The translations under genes and the position numbers were made by a program. Of a DNA stretch of 44,201 nucleotides, positions 1-10,249 are shown one piece after another. Below the pieces are notes generated by a model. The model ran no database searches and was not told where the DNA came from. It worked only from the letters and a program-made list of their open reading frames with translations. The stretch is from Octopus bimaculoides (lineage: Eukaryota). The stretch spans positions 56,446,231 to 56,490,431 of the forward strand of contig NC_068989.1 of assembly GCF_001194135.2 (NCBI RefSeq), read 5' to 3'. Within the stretch, counting starts at the first letter, position 1. Each line of letters starts with the position of its first letter.

Positions 1-470
1 AAGTGCACATGCGCGGTAAATTATGAAAAATTAACATATAAACATAAGCCATGCTCCCTATGACTTGTGTTTATATGTAATCTGGTTATTCCGCTGAAGA
101 TAGTTTGACCTTGTAAGGTATATTTTTATCTTGCTAAAATAACTTGAAACCATGGTACGGAATATAGATTGGTAAATGTTTTTATTTTTCATTCCCTTTC
201 GAAATTATTCCTATTTTTGTGGTATAGAGTGTTTTGCTGCTCTTTCTAGCGGGTCAGATGTCCTATTATAGGCATCTCTGTATTTTAAATGAAATATATA
301 TATACTTATATATCCAGTATACTGCTGGAAGGGTACCCAATTATTGCTACACTAGTGCTATACTAGGTGCAATCAATGGGAGCGGGCAAAAGTGGAATAT
401 ATTTAAGAGATGAGGAATTATGTACATTATTTACAGTTGACAGATATTTGTCCTCATCTTGTTTGTTGTT

Positions 471-513
471 AACACGTTTCAGCTGATATACCCTCCAGCC
501 TTCATCAGGTGTC
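471..513 (-). ncRNA. Hammerhead-ribozyme-like motif, apparently defective
   Basis: GACAC-CTGATGA-A-GGCTG(loop)CAGCT-GAAAC-GTGTT. Core boxes and helices I/II are present but there is no room for the NUH cleavage triplet. Confidence 0.5.
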
Positions 514-650
514 TTGGGTGGAAATTTCGCACTTAAGGTATTTTTCGATGTTATTATTATTATTAATCAGGTCACTGCCTGGAATCGAACTCGGAATCTT
601 GGGCTTAGTAGCTAGCGCTCTTAACCACTACACCATATGCCCGTGGGCAA

Positions 651-1446
651 TTATGGAGTGAATTTTAGGGCTTATAAATAAATCTAATATTTTCCTATCC
701 TTTCTTAATACTGGTTCCCATATGCTACTCATATCTGCACTCGGTCCGCTTAGGAGGTTGTTGTGTCCTAACATATATGCTGCTTCTTATAGTTTTCGTA
801 TTTTCCAGTGGTGTTCTCTATCTATTATTTTAACTTCATCCCACAGGGGGAAGTGGTCTCCATTTTTCCATACATGATCAGCTATACCCGATTTATCAAT
901 ATCTCGTGCCATAGCTTTGCGATGTTCATCTACCCTTATTTTGAGGGTGTGACATGTTTCACCTTTGTATAACCTACCACAGCTGATGGGATGGAGTACA
1001 TGCAGTTTTTGGTCATATTCTCTTCTATTGGTGGTTTTACTCGAAGGAGATACTTGCGAAGTGTTGTATTACTCTTGAATACTCTCCTGATGTCATATGG
1101 GTCACATATCTTTTGTATCTTTTTGGAGAGGCCTTTCATACACGGTAGACAGACTGTGGATAGTTAATTGGTTTTATCCTCTCTTTTCTTCATAATTGGA
1201 GTGGGTAGTATGTTTTTGGGGTAGTTGTTACTTAATAGATTGTTACTGAGCTTGATCATTTCTTCATTGTGGGTATCACGATCGCTACTTATATTCTTTG
1301 CTTGATGTTTTAAGCACTGAGCAATCCCTCTCTTTACACTGTATGGATGGTGGGGATTGGGGATTGAAGTTGAGGTATCGTCCGGTGAAGGTCGGCTTGC
1401 AGTATATGGATGTCCTGAATCCATACTTGGTGCGTGTTATTAATAC
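651..1446 (-). pseudogene. Disrupted RT-thumb/GIY-YIG ORF of the Penelope-like element
   Basis: Pieces in ORFs 1285..1506, 1164..1424 and 936..1139 continue across frameshifts and in-frame stops (e.g. RKL*EAA). Confidence 0.85.
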
Positions 1447-1451
1447 CCCAA

Positions 1452-1494
1452 GATATCTGATGAAGGGTGGAGAGTATATCAGCCGAAACATGTT
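1452..1494 (+). ncRNA. Hammerhead-ribozyme-like motif (inverted copy), apparently defective
   Basis: GATAT-CTGATGA-A-GGGTG(loop)CAGCC-GAAAC-ATGTT; same architecture as 471-513. Confidence 0.45.
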
Positions 1495-1749
1495 AACAAC
1501 AAACAAGATGAGGACAAATATCCGTCAAATGTAAATAATGTATATATATATATATATATGGTTGGAATTTACAAAAAAAAAAAAAAAAAAAAACAAAAGA
1601 CGAAGACAGGTGTGTAAACAACAAACAAGTGTATTAGTTTAACGCTCGGGAAAGTGAGAAAGTCCTTTATGTTTTGAGCCTATGCTCTTCAACAGAAAGG
1701 AACACAAGAAAATAAACCGAGAAAAAAAAAAAATATATATATATATAAT

Positions 1750-2085
1750 CTTCGTCATCATTTAATGTCTTTTGTCCCTGCTGGCATGGGTTGGATAGTT
1801 TGACTGGGCTGGCACGCTGGAAGGCTGTACTAGATCCCAGTCTGATTTGGCATGGCTTTCTACAGCTGGATGCCCTTCCTAATGCCAACCACTCCGAGAT
1901 TGTAATGGGTGCTGTTACATGCCACCAGCATGGGTGCATTTGTGTGACACTGGGGTGCTTTTACATGCCAATTTGCATGACACCAGTATCTGCTACAACT
2001 GCAATTTTGCTCAGCTTGATGGATCTTCCGAAGCACGACATAATGCCAAAGGTCTTGGTTATTACTTCTGTGAGGCCCAACACTT
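1750..2085 (-). mobile_element. RTE LINE 3' tail fragment
   Basis: Same sequence as the 3' ends of the long RTE copies (ccatgccagca, ggatgcccttcctaatgccaacc), ending in CAT repeats. Confidence 0.8.
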
Positions 2086-2087
2086 TA

Positions 2088-2128
<41 letters not shown>

Positions 2129-3106
2129 CACAGGGATAGCTGCACAGATATAGAGCTTGCTTGTATGTGATTTTGTTATATCTCACAGTGCAGCACTTTG
2201 GGTAAGTGTCTTCTGCTAGGCCGGACTAACTGATGCCTCATAAGTGAAATTGGTAGGTTAAAACTGTATGGAAGCCAAGAATACATACACAGACACACAC
2301 ACAAACACATAGTGTGCGATTTATTCAATCTCATATGTATACGCTAATATACCAGGTTTTAAGCACACATGTGTGTGTTTGTATCAGCGTGTCTTTATTT
2401 CCTAAATGATGTTTTAGAGAAGTTTAATATAACAAACCACAAGTATCACTACACCCATCCTATCACCTAGGGTTTCACGATATTCAATCCCCACCCCACC
2501 CTATGTTACTATATCTGCCTCTGACAATGTCACCACATATCAAACATAAAAGAAAACAAAGTTATTATACAATCTGTTTTCTCTGATCACATATGTGCGC
2601 ATGCGCACAAATTTTAATTTACAATATACTAGATTGTCAGAATCAGTTTCTATGTGCATACGAATAAACAAACAATGAGAACGACGGCGACATCAACAAA
2701 AACGAGACTGACAACATCAACAACAACAATCCTTCCTTTATTTAACCACTGAGAGCAATTATATACAATACATTCATGCGTGGAAAATATGAAATGATAA
2801 AAACTTGAGGGGGTCTTCTAAAACTGTAGAGTAGGACAAACCAGTTATAGACAAACAAAGGGAGAGATGAAAGACATTATACAATAAATGTGGGGACAAG
2901 GTTAAATAAAATAAAAAATAATTATTTCTGACAAAGGCTTCTTCTCAGTTGTGTCACGAGTCTACAGGCTGATTAATCTAGAGTTTATCCCAGTTTCCAG
3001 GGTTAAAAGTGACCAAAAGCAAAATATTCCCTACTGAACAGGAAGAGTATTGTACTTTTGTTGCTCACCTGAGTAGCTTGGAGAAATGCAAAGTAAAGTG
3101 CTTTGC

Positions 3107-3332
3107 TTAACCTTTTAGCATTTAAATTACTCAATCAAATGTAATTCTTCTTTATTCACATTGTTTTGAATCAATCATGTATTATATTGCAGCTTCGAGA
3201 TTTCAAAGATGTGATTGTTTACTTTTAGAAAGAAATTGTAGGCTATGAGTGAGAAGCTGGATCTGGCAATTAAAACATAAAACAGTAGAATATCTGGGCT
3301 GGATATGGCCAGTGTAAATGCTGAAAGTTTAA
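3107..3332. mobile_element. TTAA-flanked MITE family A (piggyBac-type ends), copy 1
   Basis: Degenerate TIR TTAACCYTTTAGCATT...AATGCTRAARGKTTAA; internal sequence shared with four other copies. Confidence 0.75.
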
Positions 3333-4210
3333 GATCATATATGCTGCCTAGTATGGGAACTGAAACCATGACTTTACAATGAGTAACCATTACTCCAACT
3401 ACATTTACATTTTTGGCCTTGTGCATAACAAATGTACAGAGTCAGAAACTTGGGTAAGGGAGGAGGGAACAAATAATTATACAAACTGCAGTGCTTGACT
3501 GGTCCTCACTTTATCAACTCCAGTATTTAGCTGATACTTAATTTATCAGCATCGGAAGGAAGGAAGAAAGACAAAGTTGAATCCCACTCTTTAACTAACA
3601 ACACATATTGCTAGAATCAGTTTCTCTAAATTGTCTATGTGTACACAGACAAACAACACAGAGATCTATTTTGGCCTTTTGATCTGATGTCTCCAATAAA
3701 ATAAAATAGGGGAAAACAGTCCTGGAACAATGAAAAAATTTAGTTGACTCTGGCTGGATTTGAACTCAGAATGTAAGGGAACTAATTTTGTTGCTCAGTA
3801 AAATAATTGTTCCTTTCGTAGTTACAAGGTCAGTAATGTGTGTGTGTGTGTGTGTATGTGAGAGAGAGAGAGAGAAAGAGAGGGGTGGGCAGTTAGTAAA
3901 TTACACTTACTCCAGTCCTTCACTGGTACTTATATTTCTGATCTTATTTCTCTATATCTATTACTGTCTTTGTATTCATTCGTATTTCCCTGTATTCTGA
4001 ATTTCAAACATTCACCAAAATCAACATGGCATTTCATGCTTCATTTACTTAAGTCAATTCAATGAGCTATACACCCCTCCTTTTTAACATGAGGCCTTCT
4101 GCCATTATGTGAAATCAATATTGCCACACATTCCAGGATAGTGCATAACAGAATCAGTAGAGAAACATACAAAATACTTTGTGCAATTGAATAATGTCTC
4201 TCTTTATGGT

Positions 4211-4304
4211 GGAGGGGCATGGCTTAGTGATTAGAGTGTTGGATTCATGATTGTAAGATTGTGGTTTTGATTCTTGGACCGGGTAATATGCTATGTTCTT
4301 GAGC
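4211..4304 (+). mobile_element. tRNA-like SINE 5' head only
   Basis: A/B-box-like head ending in tgttcttgagc; same family as the longer copy at 16920-17168. Confidence 0.65.
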
Positions 4305-4612
4305 TGCCATACTTTGTAATCACCATTAAATTCATCCAACTCTTTCTGAATCCTCTGCACTATCCTCAGATTGATACCCAAACACTCTGAAATGTTTGTA
4401 TTGGAGCTTCCGGTGCAAATACCAAGCAGTACAGCATGTTGTTTCCAAATTTCTGGCAGCGTGAATTGTGTCATGGTGCTGTTCTTCTCACAGACAGTGC
4501 CCAACTGACCCTACAATATTGTGTAGTCGACAAAATCAAAAACAAACATGAAGTAATATTGAGGCAAGATTTTTATGGTTGGATCCACTTCTGATCACCA
4601 GCCCTCACTTGT
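4300..4612 (-). mobile_element. Tc1/mariner 5' fragment, copy 1
   Basis: MTQFTLPEIWKQHAVLLGICTGSSNTNISECLGINLRIVQRIQKELDEFNGDYK; closely similar to 5602-5940. Confidence 0.85.
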
Positions 4613-4709
4613 TTCTAGAAGTGCTAAGGATGCTGCCCCTAGTGAAGAGGATTGGCCTGCAAGAGTTCTGTGCTGTGCCATGTTAAAAGAACAGAGCACA
4701 CACTGTAGT

Positions 4710-4850
4710 AGTTGTTAGGAAAGGCATCCAGCTTTAGAAGCCATGCCAAATCAGACTGGAATCTGGTGCAGCTCTCCTGCTTGCCAACTCAGGTCAAACT
4801 GTCCAATCCATGCCAGCATGGAAAACAGATGATAACGATGATGATGATGC
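4710..4850 (+). mobile_element. RTE LINE 3' tail fragment
   Basis: ggaaaggcatccagc...ccatgccagcatggaaaacagatgat(GAT)n. Confidence 0.8.
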
Positions 4851-4949
4851 TCTTGTTCAAAAATTACAATACAGAAAAAAGAAGTGTTATATTTTGAGAC
4901 AACTCATTACAATAAAATATTTCAATTATGTCATGTGAATTTTAATCCC

Positions 4950-4966
4950 TTTATTGTGGGTTTATT
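4950..4966 (-). terminator. Candidate polyadenylation signals (two AATAAA)
   Basis: TTTATT on + at 4950-4955 and 4961-4966, about 75-90 nt after the putative SMC6 stop. AATAAA is common in AT-rich DNA. Confidence 0.4.
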
Positions 4967-5039
4967 CAATTTTTAAACAACACAATAACAGCATTATGTA
5001 GAAGTAATTAATAAAGTTTTCCATGATTCAGAAAACAGC

Positions 5040-5151
5040 TTATTGAATATTTTTAAACATACCAATTTCTAAACATTTACAAAGGGTACCTCTACCTCTA
5101 ACTTTATCAAACACGCTAAATATTTCTATATTTCTATCCAGATGAAGGTTC
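5040..5151 (-). CDS. SMC6: Probable SMC6 terminal exon (x-NLHLDRNIEIFSVFDKVRGRGTLCKCLEIGMFKNIQ-stop)
   Basis: Acceptor ttgtcctgtcattttag; ungapped match to remembered human C-terminus [23 protein letters not shown] (8/23 identical); TAA at 5040-5042; two AATAAA downstream. The connecting exons were not found, so confidence is lower. Confidence 0.62.
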
Positions 5152-5343
5152 CTAAAATGACAGGACAACAATTTAGTTAAATGATTTAGGTCAAGATGGA
5201 AAAGAATGATGTAATTAAGAAAGAATTGGAAGTACATTGTGATTAGCAATGTATAATATCTGGCAATCTAGTTGATATTTTAATTTTTTTTTTTCATTTA
5301 ATGTCTTTCTTGTGTGCTATATACATACATATATATATATATA

Positions 5344-5353
5344 NNNNNNNNNN
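5344..5353. other. Assembly gap (10 N)
   Basis: N run between a (TA)n tract and the interior of a mariner fragment. Confidence 1.
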
Positions 5354-5940
5354 TGTTCAAAAGCTTCATAGCATGGTCTTTCCTCTTGTTCTTGGTGGCT
5401 TGGGATAAAAACTGGCCCTTTCTCATCTTGCATGAGGAATACCGAATGTCTTCATGCACTACCTGCCTGATAAGAAACGCAGACACTCCCATGTCCCTGG
5501 CTATGGACTTCATTGACTTGGAGGGATCGTTGTCAATCATGACCTGAATCTCACCAACAAATTCAGGAGTTCTTTTATCAGAATAATCAGAGTGAGTTTT
5601 CTGAGCTGCCATACCTTTGTAATCACCATTAAATTCATCCAACTCTTTCTGAATCCTCTGCACTGTCCGCAAATTGATACCCACACTCTGAAATGTTTGT
5701 ATTGGAGCTTCCGGTGCAAATGTCAAGCAATACAGCATGTCGTTTCCAAATTTTTGGCAGCGTGAATTGTGTCATGGTGCTGTTTTTCTCACAGACAGTG
5801 CCCAACTGACCCTACTATACTGTGTAATCGACAAAATCAAAAACAAACAATGCACAAGATCTAAAATAAACATGAAATAATATTGAGGCAAGATTTTTAT
5901 GGTTGGATCCGCTTCTTATCACCAACCTCCACTTGCTTGT
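5354..5940 (-). mobile_element. Tc1/mariner transposase N-terminal (HTH) fragment, copy 2, cut by the gap
   Basis: ATG at 5775; SMKSIARDMGVSAFLIRQVVHEDIRYSSCKMRKGQFLSQ is a Tc1/mariner HTH2-linker motif; a 2-bp deletion relative to copy 1 near 5680 shifts the frame. Confidence 0.88.
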
Positions 5941-6289
5941 TTTTTGAGTAAGGGATTTTTATTTCAGAAGAAATTGAGAGCAGAGAACAACAGACAATTT
6001 GTTGATGGAAAATGATAACAAACTTCACTGGTTGATGAGCAAGGACATCACCGTCCATACTCATAGCTCAGCTTAGTTTTGTAAACATTCACACCAGCAT
6101 GCACACACACACACACACATTACTCTCACCTGTTTCCAAGCAAGGTAATATTTCCCCATAGCTGGACATGTTTTTATGGAAGATTGGAAATGATTTACAC
6201 TGCTTGTAAGACAGTGATACTCATTTACAACTATCATGTGATGTCAAAACAAGTACAGAACTCTCCTTCCATACACACACACACACACA

Positions 6290-6484
6290 CAAAAGGCTTC
6301 TTTCAGTTTATATTGATCAAATTCCCTCACAAGGCATTGGTTAACCCAACTTTATAGTTACAAAACACCTGCCTAAAGTGCTTTAACTATAATGCCTAAA
6401 GTATTACAGGCCTAAAGTACCACAGAATAGGATTGAACCTTAGGCTCAACTGGTTTGAGGAGTGAATTTCTCAACCATACAGCT
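6290..6484 (-). mobile_element. tRNA-headed SINE family S1, degenerate
   Basis: Reverse complement of the S1 head and body seen intact at 36499-36900. Confidence 0.55.
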
Positions 6485-6941
6485 AAGTCCACATCAACTC
6501 AAATAGGAGCTGTTAATTATCTTGACCAAATCCTAATGGGATGGAAAACAAAGTGGATCTCTACAGGAACTGAAATGTAAAAAGATGAAACTAAATAATA
6601 TAATGCAAATTCATCCTGATGTTCTAGTCTCAAGCAAGGCCACTACACAGCCATGTTTAAATGTAGTGGAAAGTTTATCATGAAACACCTAAGTTTAAAT
6701 ACACATCTGTTATGGACATTGGACATTTATCATTTATGTGCTTTGTATATCACGTACCACTTCAGATAGACTGACATAGTTTTTTTGTTCATTGGAGAGA
6801 AAGTAGCACATCATTAATGCATCAGGTGTAGTTAAGGACATAACTACCAAGTATGATCAACAACTACATTTTATGAGCCAATATGTGTGATAACTTGATT
6901 TACAACAAAGATCAGCCAAATTCCCCCTCATCTCATGTCTT

Positions 6942-8662
6942 ATCATCATCATCATCCTCATTTAGTGGCCGTTGTCCATGCTGGTATGGGTTGGACAATT
7001 TGACCAAGGCTAGCAAGCTGGAAGGCTGCACCAGATTCCAGGCATGGTTTCTATGGCTGCATGCTCTTCCAAATACCAACCGAGAGTGTAATGGATGCTT
7101 TTATGTGCCACCAGTATCTGACACAACTGCGATTTCACTTGGATTGATGGATCTTCTTCTCAAGCACGACATACTGCCAAAGGTCTCGGTCATTACGTCC
7201 ATGAGGCGCAACACTCGAAAGGAATACTTCATGAGCCACTAGCATCAGCGACTTTGCTTCCATGAGGCCCAACACTTGAAAGGTGCCATTTATGTTCCAC
7301 TGGCATGGGTGCCAGTTAGGTGACATCAGTGTCAGCCATGACTATGATTTCACTTGGCTTGATGGGTCTTCTCAAGTACAGCATATTGCTAAAGGTCTCA
7401 GTTACTAGTCATTGCCTCTGTGAGGCCCAAAGTTCGAAGATCATGCTTCACCACCTTATCCAATGTCTTTCTGGGTCTACCTCTACCACATGTTCTCTCT
7501 ACAGTTAGAGATCAGCACTTCTTTACACAGCTGTCCTTGTCCATATGCATCACATGACCATACCAGCACAGTCTTCTCTCTTGCACACCACATCTGATTC
7601 TTCTTACGCTCAACATTTCTCTCAAGATGCTTACATTTTGTCGAACATGTACACTGACATTGCACATCCAGCGAAATATACTGGCTTCATTTCTTTCAAA
7701 CCTATGCATGCCCTTGGCTGTCACAGCCCATGTTTCACTGCCATGTAGCATAGCTGTTTGCACGCAGACATCATACAATCTACCTTTCACTTTGAGGGAG
7801 AGGCTTTGTTGCCAGCAGAGATAGGAGTTCTCTGAACTTTGCTCAGCCTAATCTTATTCTCAAAGCTATGCTCTCAGAGTATCCACCTCAGCTACTAACT
7901 TGGTCACCTAGATAACAAAAGTTACGCACTACCTCTAGCTTACCCCACTGGCAGTTGATGGAGTCTATTTTCTGTACATTTTCAGTGTTTATTGTACCTG
8001 TGCATCTTCCACAAACAAAAGCTATTTTCCTTGTTAACCTTCCTCTGGTATTGCTGCACCTCTTAAGTGTCCATAGCTTACACTGGCTACATCTTATAGA
8101 GTTACTACCTAGGTCTTTTCTACAGATTGAGCAGGGCCGTCTACCTGAAGGGATTTGTGATTCATCTGACTTCCTACTTACTAAGACTTTGGTTTTTGCT
8201 AGATTAACTCTAAGGCCCTTTGGTTCTAGACCTTGCTTCCATACCTGAAATTTCTCTAGTTCTGGTAGTGATTCAGCTATATGAATAAGGTCATCAGCAT
8301 ACAGGAGCTCCCAGGGACAGCCTGTTTTCAATTCCTCTGTTATTGCCTGGAGGACTAGGATGAACAAGAGGGAGCTGAGGGCTGATCTTTGGTGAACCCT
8401 CACTTGTACCCTGAATTCTTTGCTGTACTTGTTGCCAACCCTCACCTTACTGGTAGCATCCCTGTACATGGCTTGTACAGTTCTCACCAACCACTCATCT
8501 ATCCCTTGTTTCTGCACTGACCACCAGATAAAGGATCAGAGGACCCTGTCAAAGGCTTTCTCCAAGTCAACAAAAGCCAAGTACAGCTGCCTTACCACAA
8601 ATATAGCATTAGTGGTGCTTCTCCCTGGCACAAAACCTAACTGCATCTCATCTAGACTAACT
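6942..8662 (-). mobile_element. RTE-clade LINE, 5'-truncated inside RT, disrupted
   Basis: LDEMQ.GFVPGRSTT, VDLEKAFD, WELLYADDL, NLAKTK, F.YLGD, MLHGSETWA, RLCWYGHV; tandem 3' UTR units; (CAT)n tail at 6942-6960. Confidence 0.93.
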
Positions 8663-9867
8663 ATAATGTCAACTTATGTCCTCCTAAAAGAGGGAAGGGT
8701 TACTGTTGGAATGAGTTTCATCATGGGTCTTAGTGTTGACCTTGGGGAAAACAAAACAGCAACCGACTATATATAAAACTCCTTTAGTAATAATAATCAA
8801 TAGTGTATGTGTGTGTTGACAAGAGGGATTTTGACAGAGGTGTATCTAAATTATGAGCGTTAAAAAATTTTACGAGCTGAACTGCTTAGTATTGAAGACA
8901 TGTAGGAAAAGAGAAGATACGTTTAACAATTATGTAAAAGACAGGTGTCTCTAGGGACAGGGGGGGGGAATTAACAGTTTACTAATTTGCTGTTAGTTTG
9001 TGTGCAATTAAATATTTGCATAACATGTACTTAGATTTAAATGTTAGTATTGGCTACAGTCTAGGCTTGTAGAATTTTAAGAAGTAGAGAAATAGCATAA
9101 ATTGGTTGATCGGTGGAGAGAATAAAAGAGAATAAAAGCAGAAAGAAACTGTTATAGAAAAGGTGTTGTCCATTTACAATCTTCTACCAAAACAGCTAAC
9201 CTTTGCTTAAAACAGGCAAGGGTTTGACAGTAAGGGCATCTTGATATATAAAAACTTGCCTCAATGAATTCTTTCTGACCCTTGCAAACATAGAAAACAG
9301 AGGTCAAAACAATGATAATGGTAACCTTTTGACCTTAGCAAACTCTATCAATGACTCTACATAATTTCTTTATCAATGTCCTACTTTCTCTTTCTCAGTT
9401 TTTTCTCTCTCCTCTCTTTTGTATATACTGTTTACAGTACTGTCTCAGATGGTCATTCTAGATTAAAGAAGGTGGTGGCAGAAAATTTTATATGGGTGTT
9501 GATGACAAAGGGAGTGTGGAGAGGGTGACAGATCCATCTGTTTTAGTTTCTGATACCTGTTTTGAATAACTTAAAAAGAAGACAACTGAAATGTAATATT
9601 GAAATAAACTGCTTGTTTAACAATAACAATAACAATTGTTTGATATATTGTTTAACAATTCATAACAATATCAATATCAATAGTATTAATGCAAAAAAAA
9701 CCCCAACAAAATAATATATTTGTAAATTGTAGACAAAATAAACTGAAGTATAATATAAAAGACACAGTCAAAATTTGTGGGTATGTCCAAATATGCAAGG
9801 AAGATAGTCACTGCACTTGTGGAATTATGTAAAATTCTGACTTGTTTGTACATACATACATACATAA

Positions 9868-9966
9868 ATGGCACCTTGCACAAGTGTCTTCTGTAGATTC
9901 AGGCTGAGCAAAGCCTTGTGAGTGGATTTGGTAGACGGAAATTAAAAGAAACCCTTCGTATATATC

Positions 9967-9999
<33 letters not shown>

Positions 10000-10209
10000 A
10001 TGTGTGTCTGTGTTTGTCCCTCATTACCGCTTGTCATCCAGTGTTGGTGTGTTTACATCCCTGTAACTTAATGGTTCAGCAAAAGAGATTGATAGAATAA
10101 GTACCAGGCTTCTAAGAAAAAGCCTGGAGTCAATTCATTCAACTAAAACCCTTCAAGGCAGTGCCCCAGCATGGCCACAATCAAATGACTGAAACAATTA
10201 AAAGATCAA

Positions 10210-10211
<2 letters not shown>
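9868..10211 (+). mobile_element. SINE family S1, 5'-truncated
   Basis: caagtgtcttct...(TG)n...gtgccccagcatggcc...gactgaaac tail, shared with 17685-18018 and 36499-36900. Confidence 0.8.

Positions 10212-10246
<35 letters not shown>

Positions 10247-10249
<3 letters not shown>

Larger units (their letters stand above)
390..1542 (-). mobile_element. Penelope-like retroelement, 5'-truncated, with inverted terminal repeat
   Basis: Coding remnant 651-1446: RT thumb (VLITRT..F.TSIY.KPTFTGRYLNF, HHPYSVKRGI) then GIY-YIG nuclease (KNCMYSIP..C..Y.GET...L..R..EH). About 96-bp arms at 423-518 and 1447-1542 are reverse complements. Left boundary approximate. Confidence 0.9.

Noticed and set aside
5990-6070. 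MSMDGDVLAHQPVKFVIIF as a candidate missing SMC6 exon
   Set aside because: Stop two codons upstream, no polypyrimidine acceptor, no LTP motif, no suitable donor.
7888-8517. 209-aa ORF as a functional reverse transcriptase gene
   Set aside because: Fragment of a 5'-truncated LINE with flanking stops and frameshifts; cannot encode an active ORF2.
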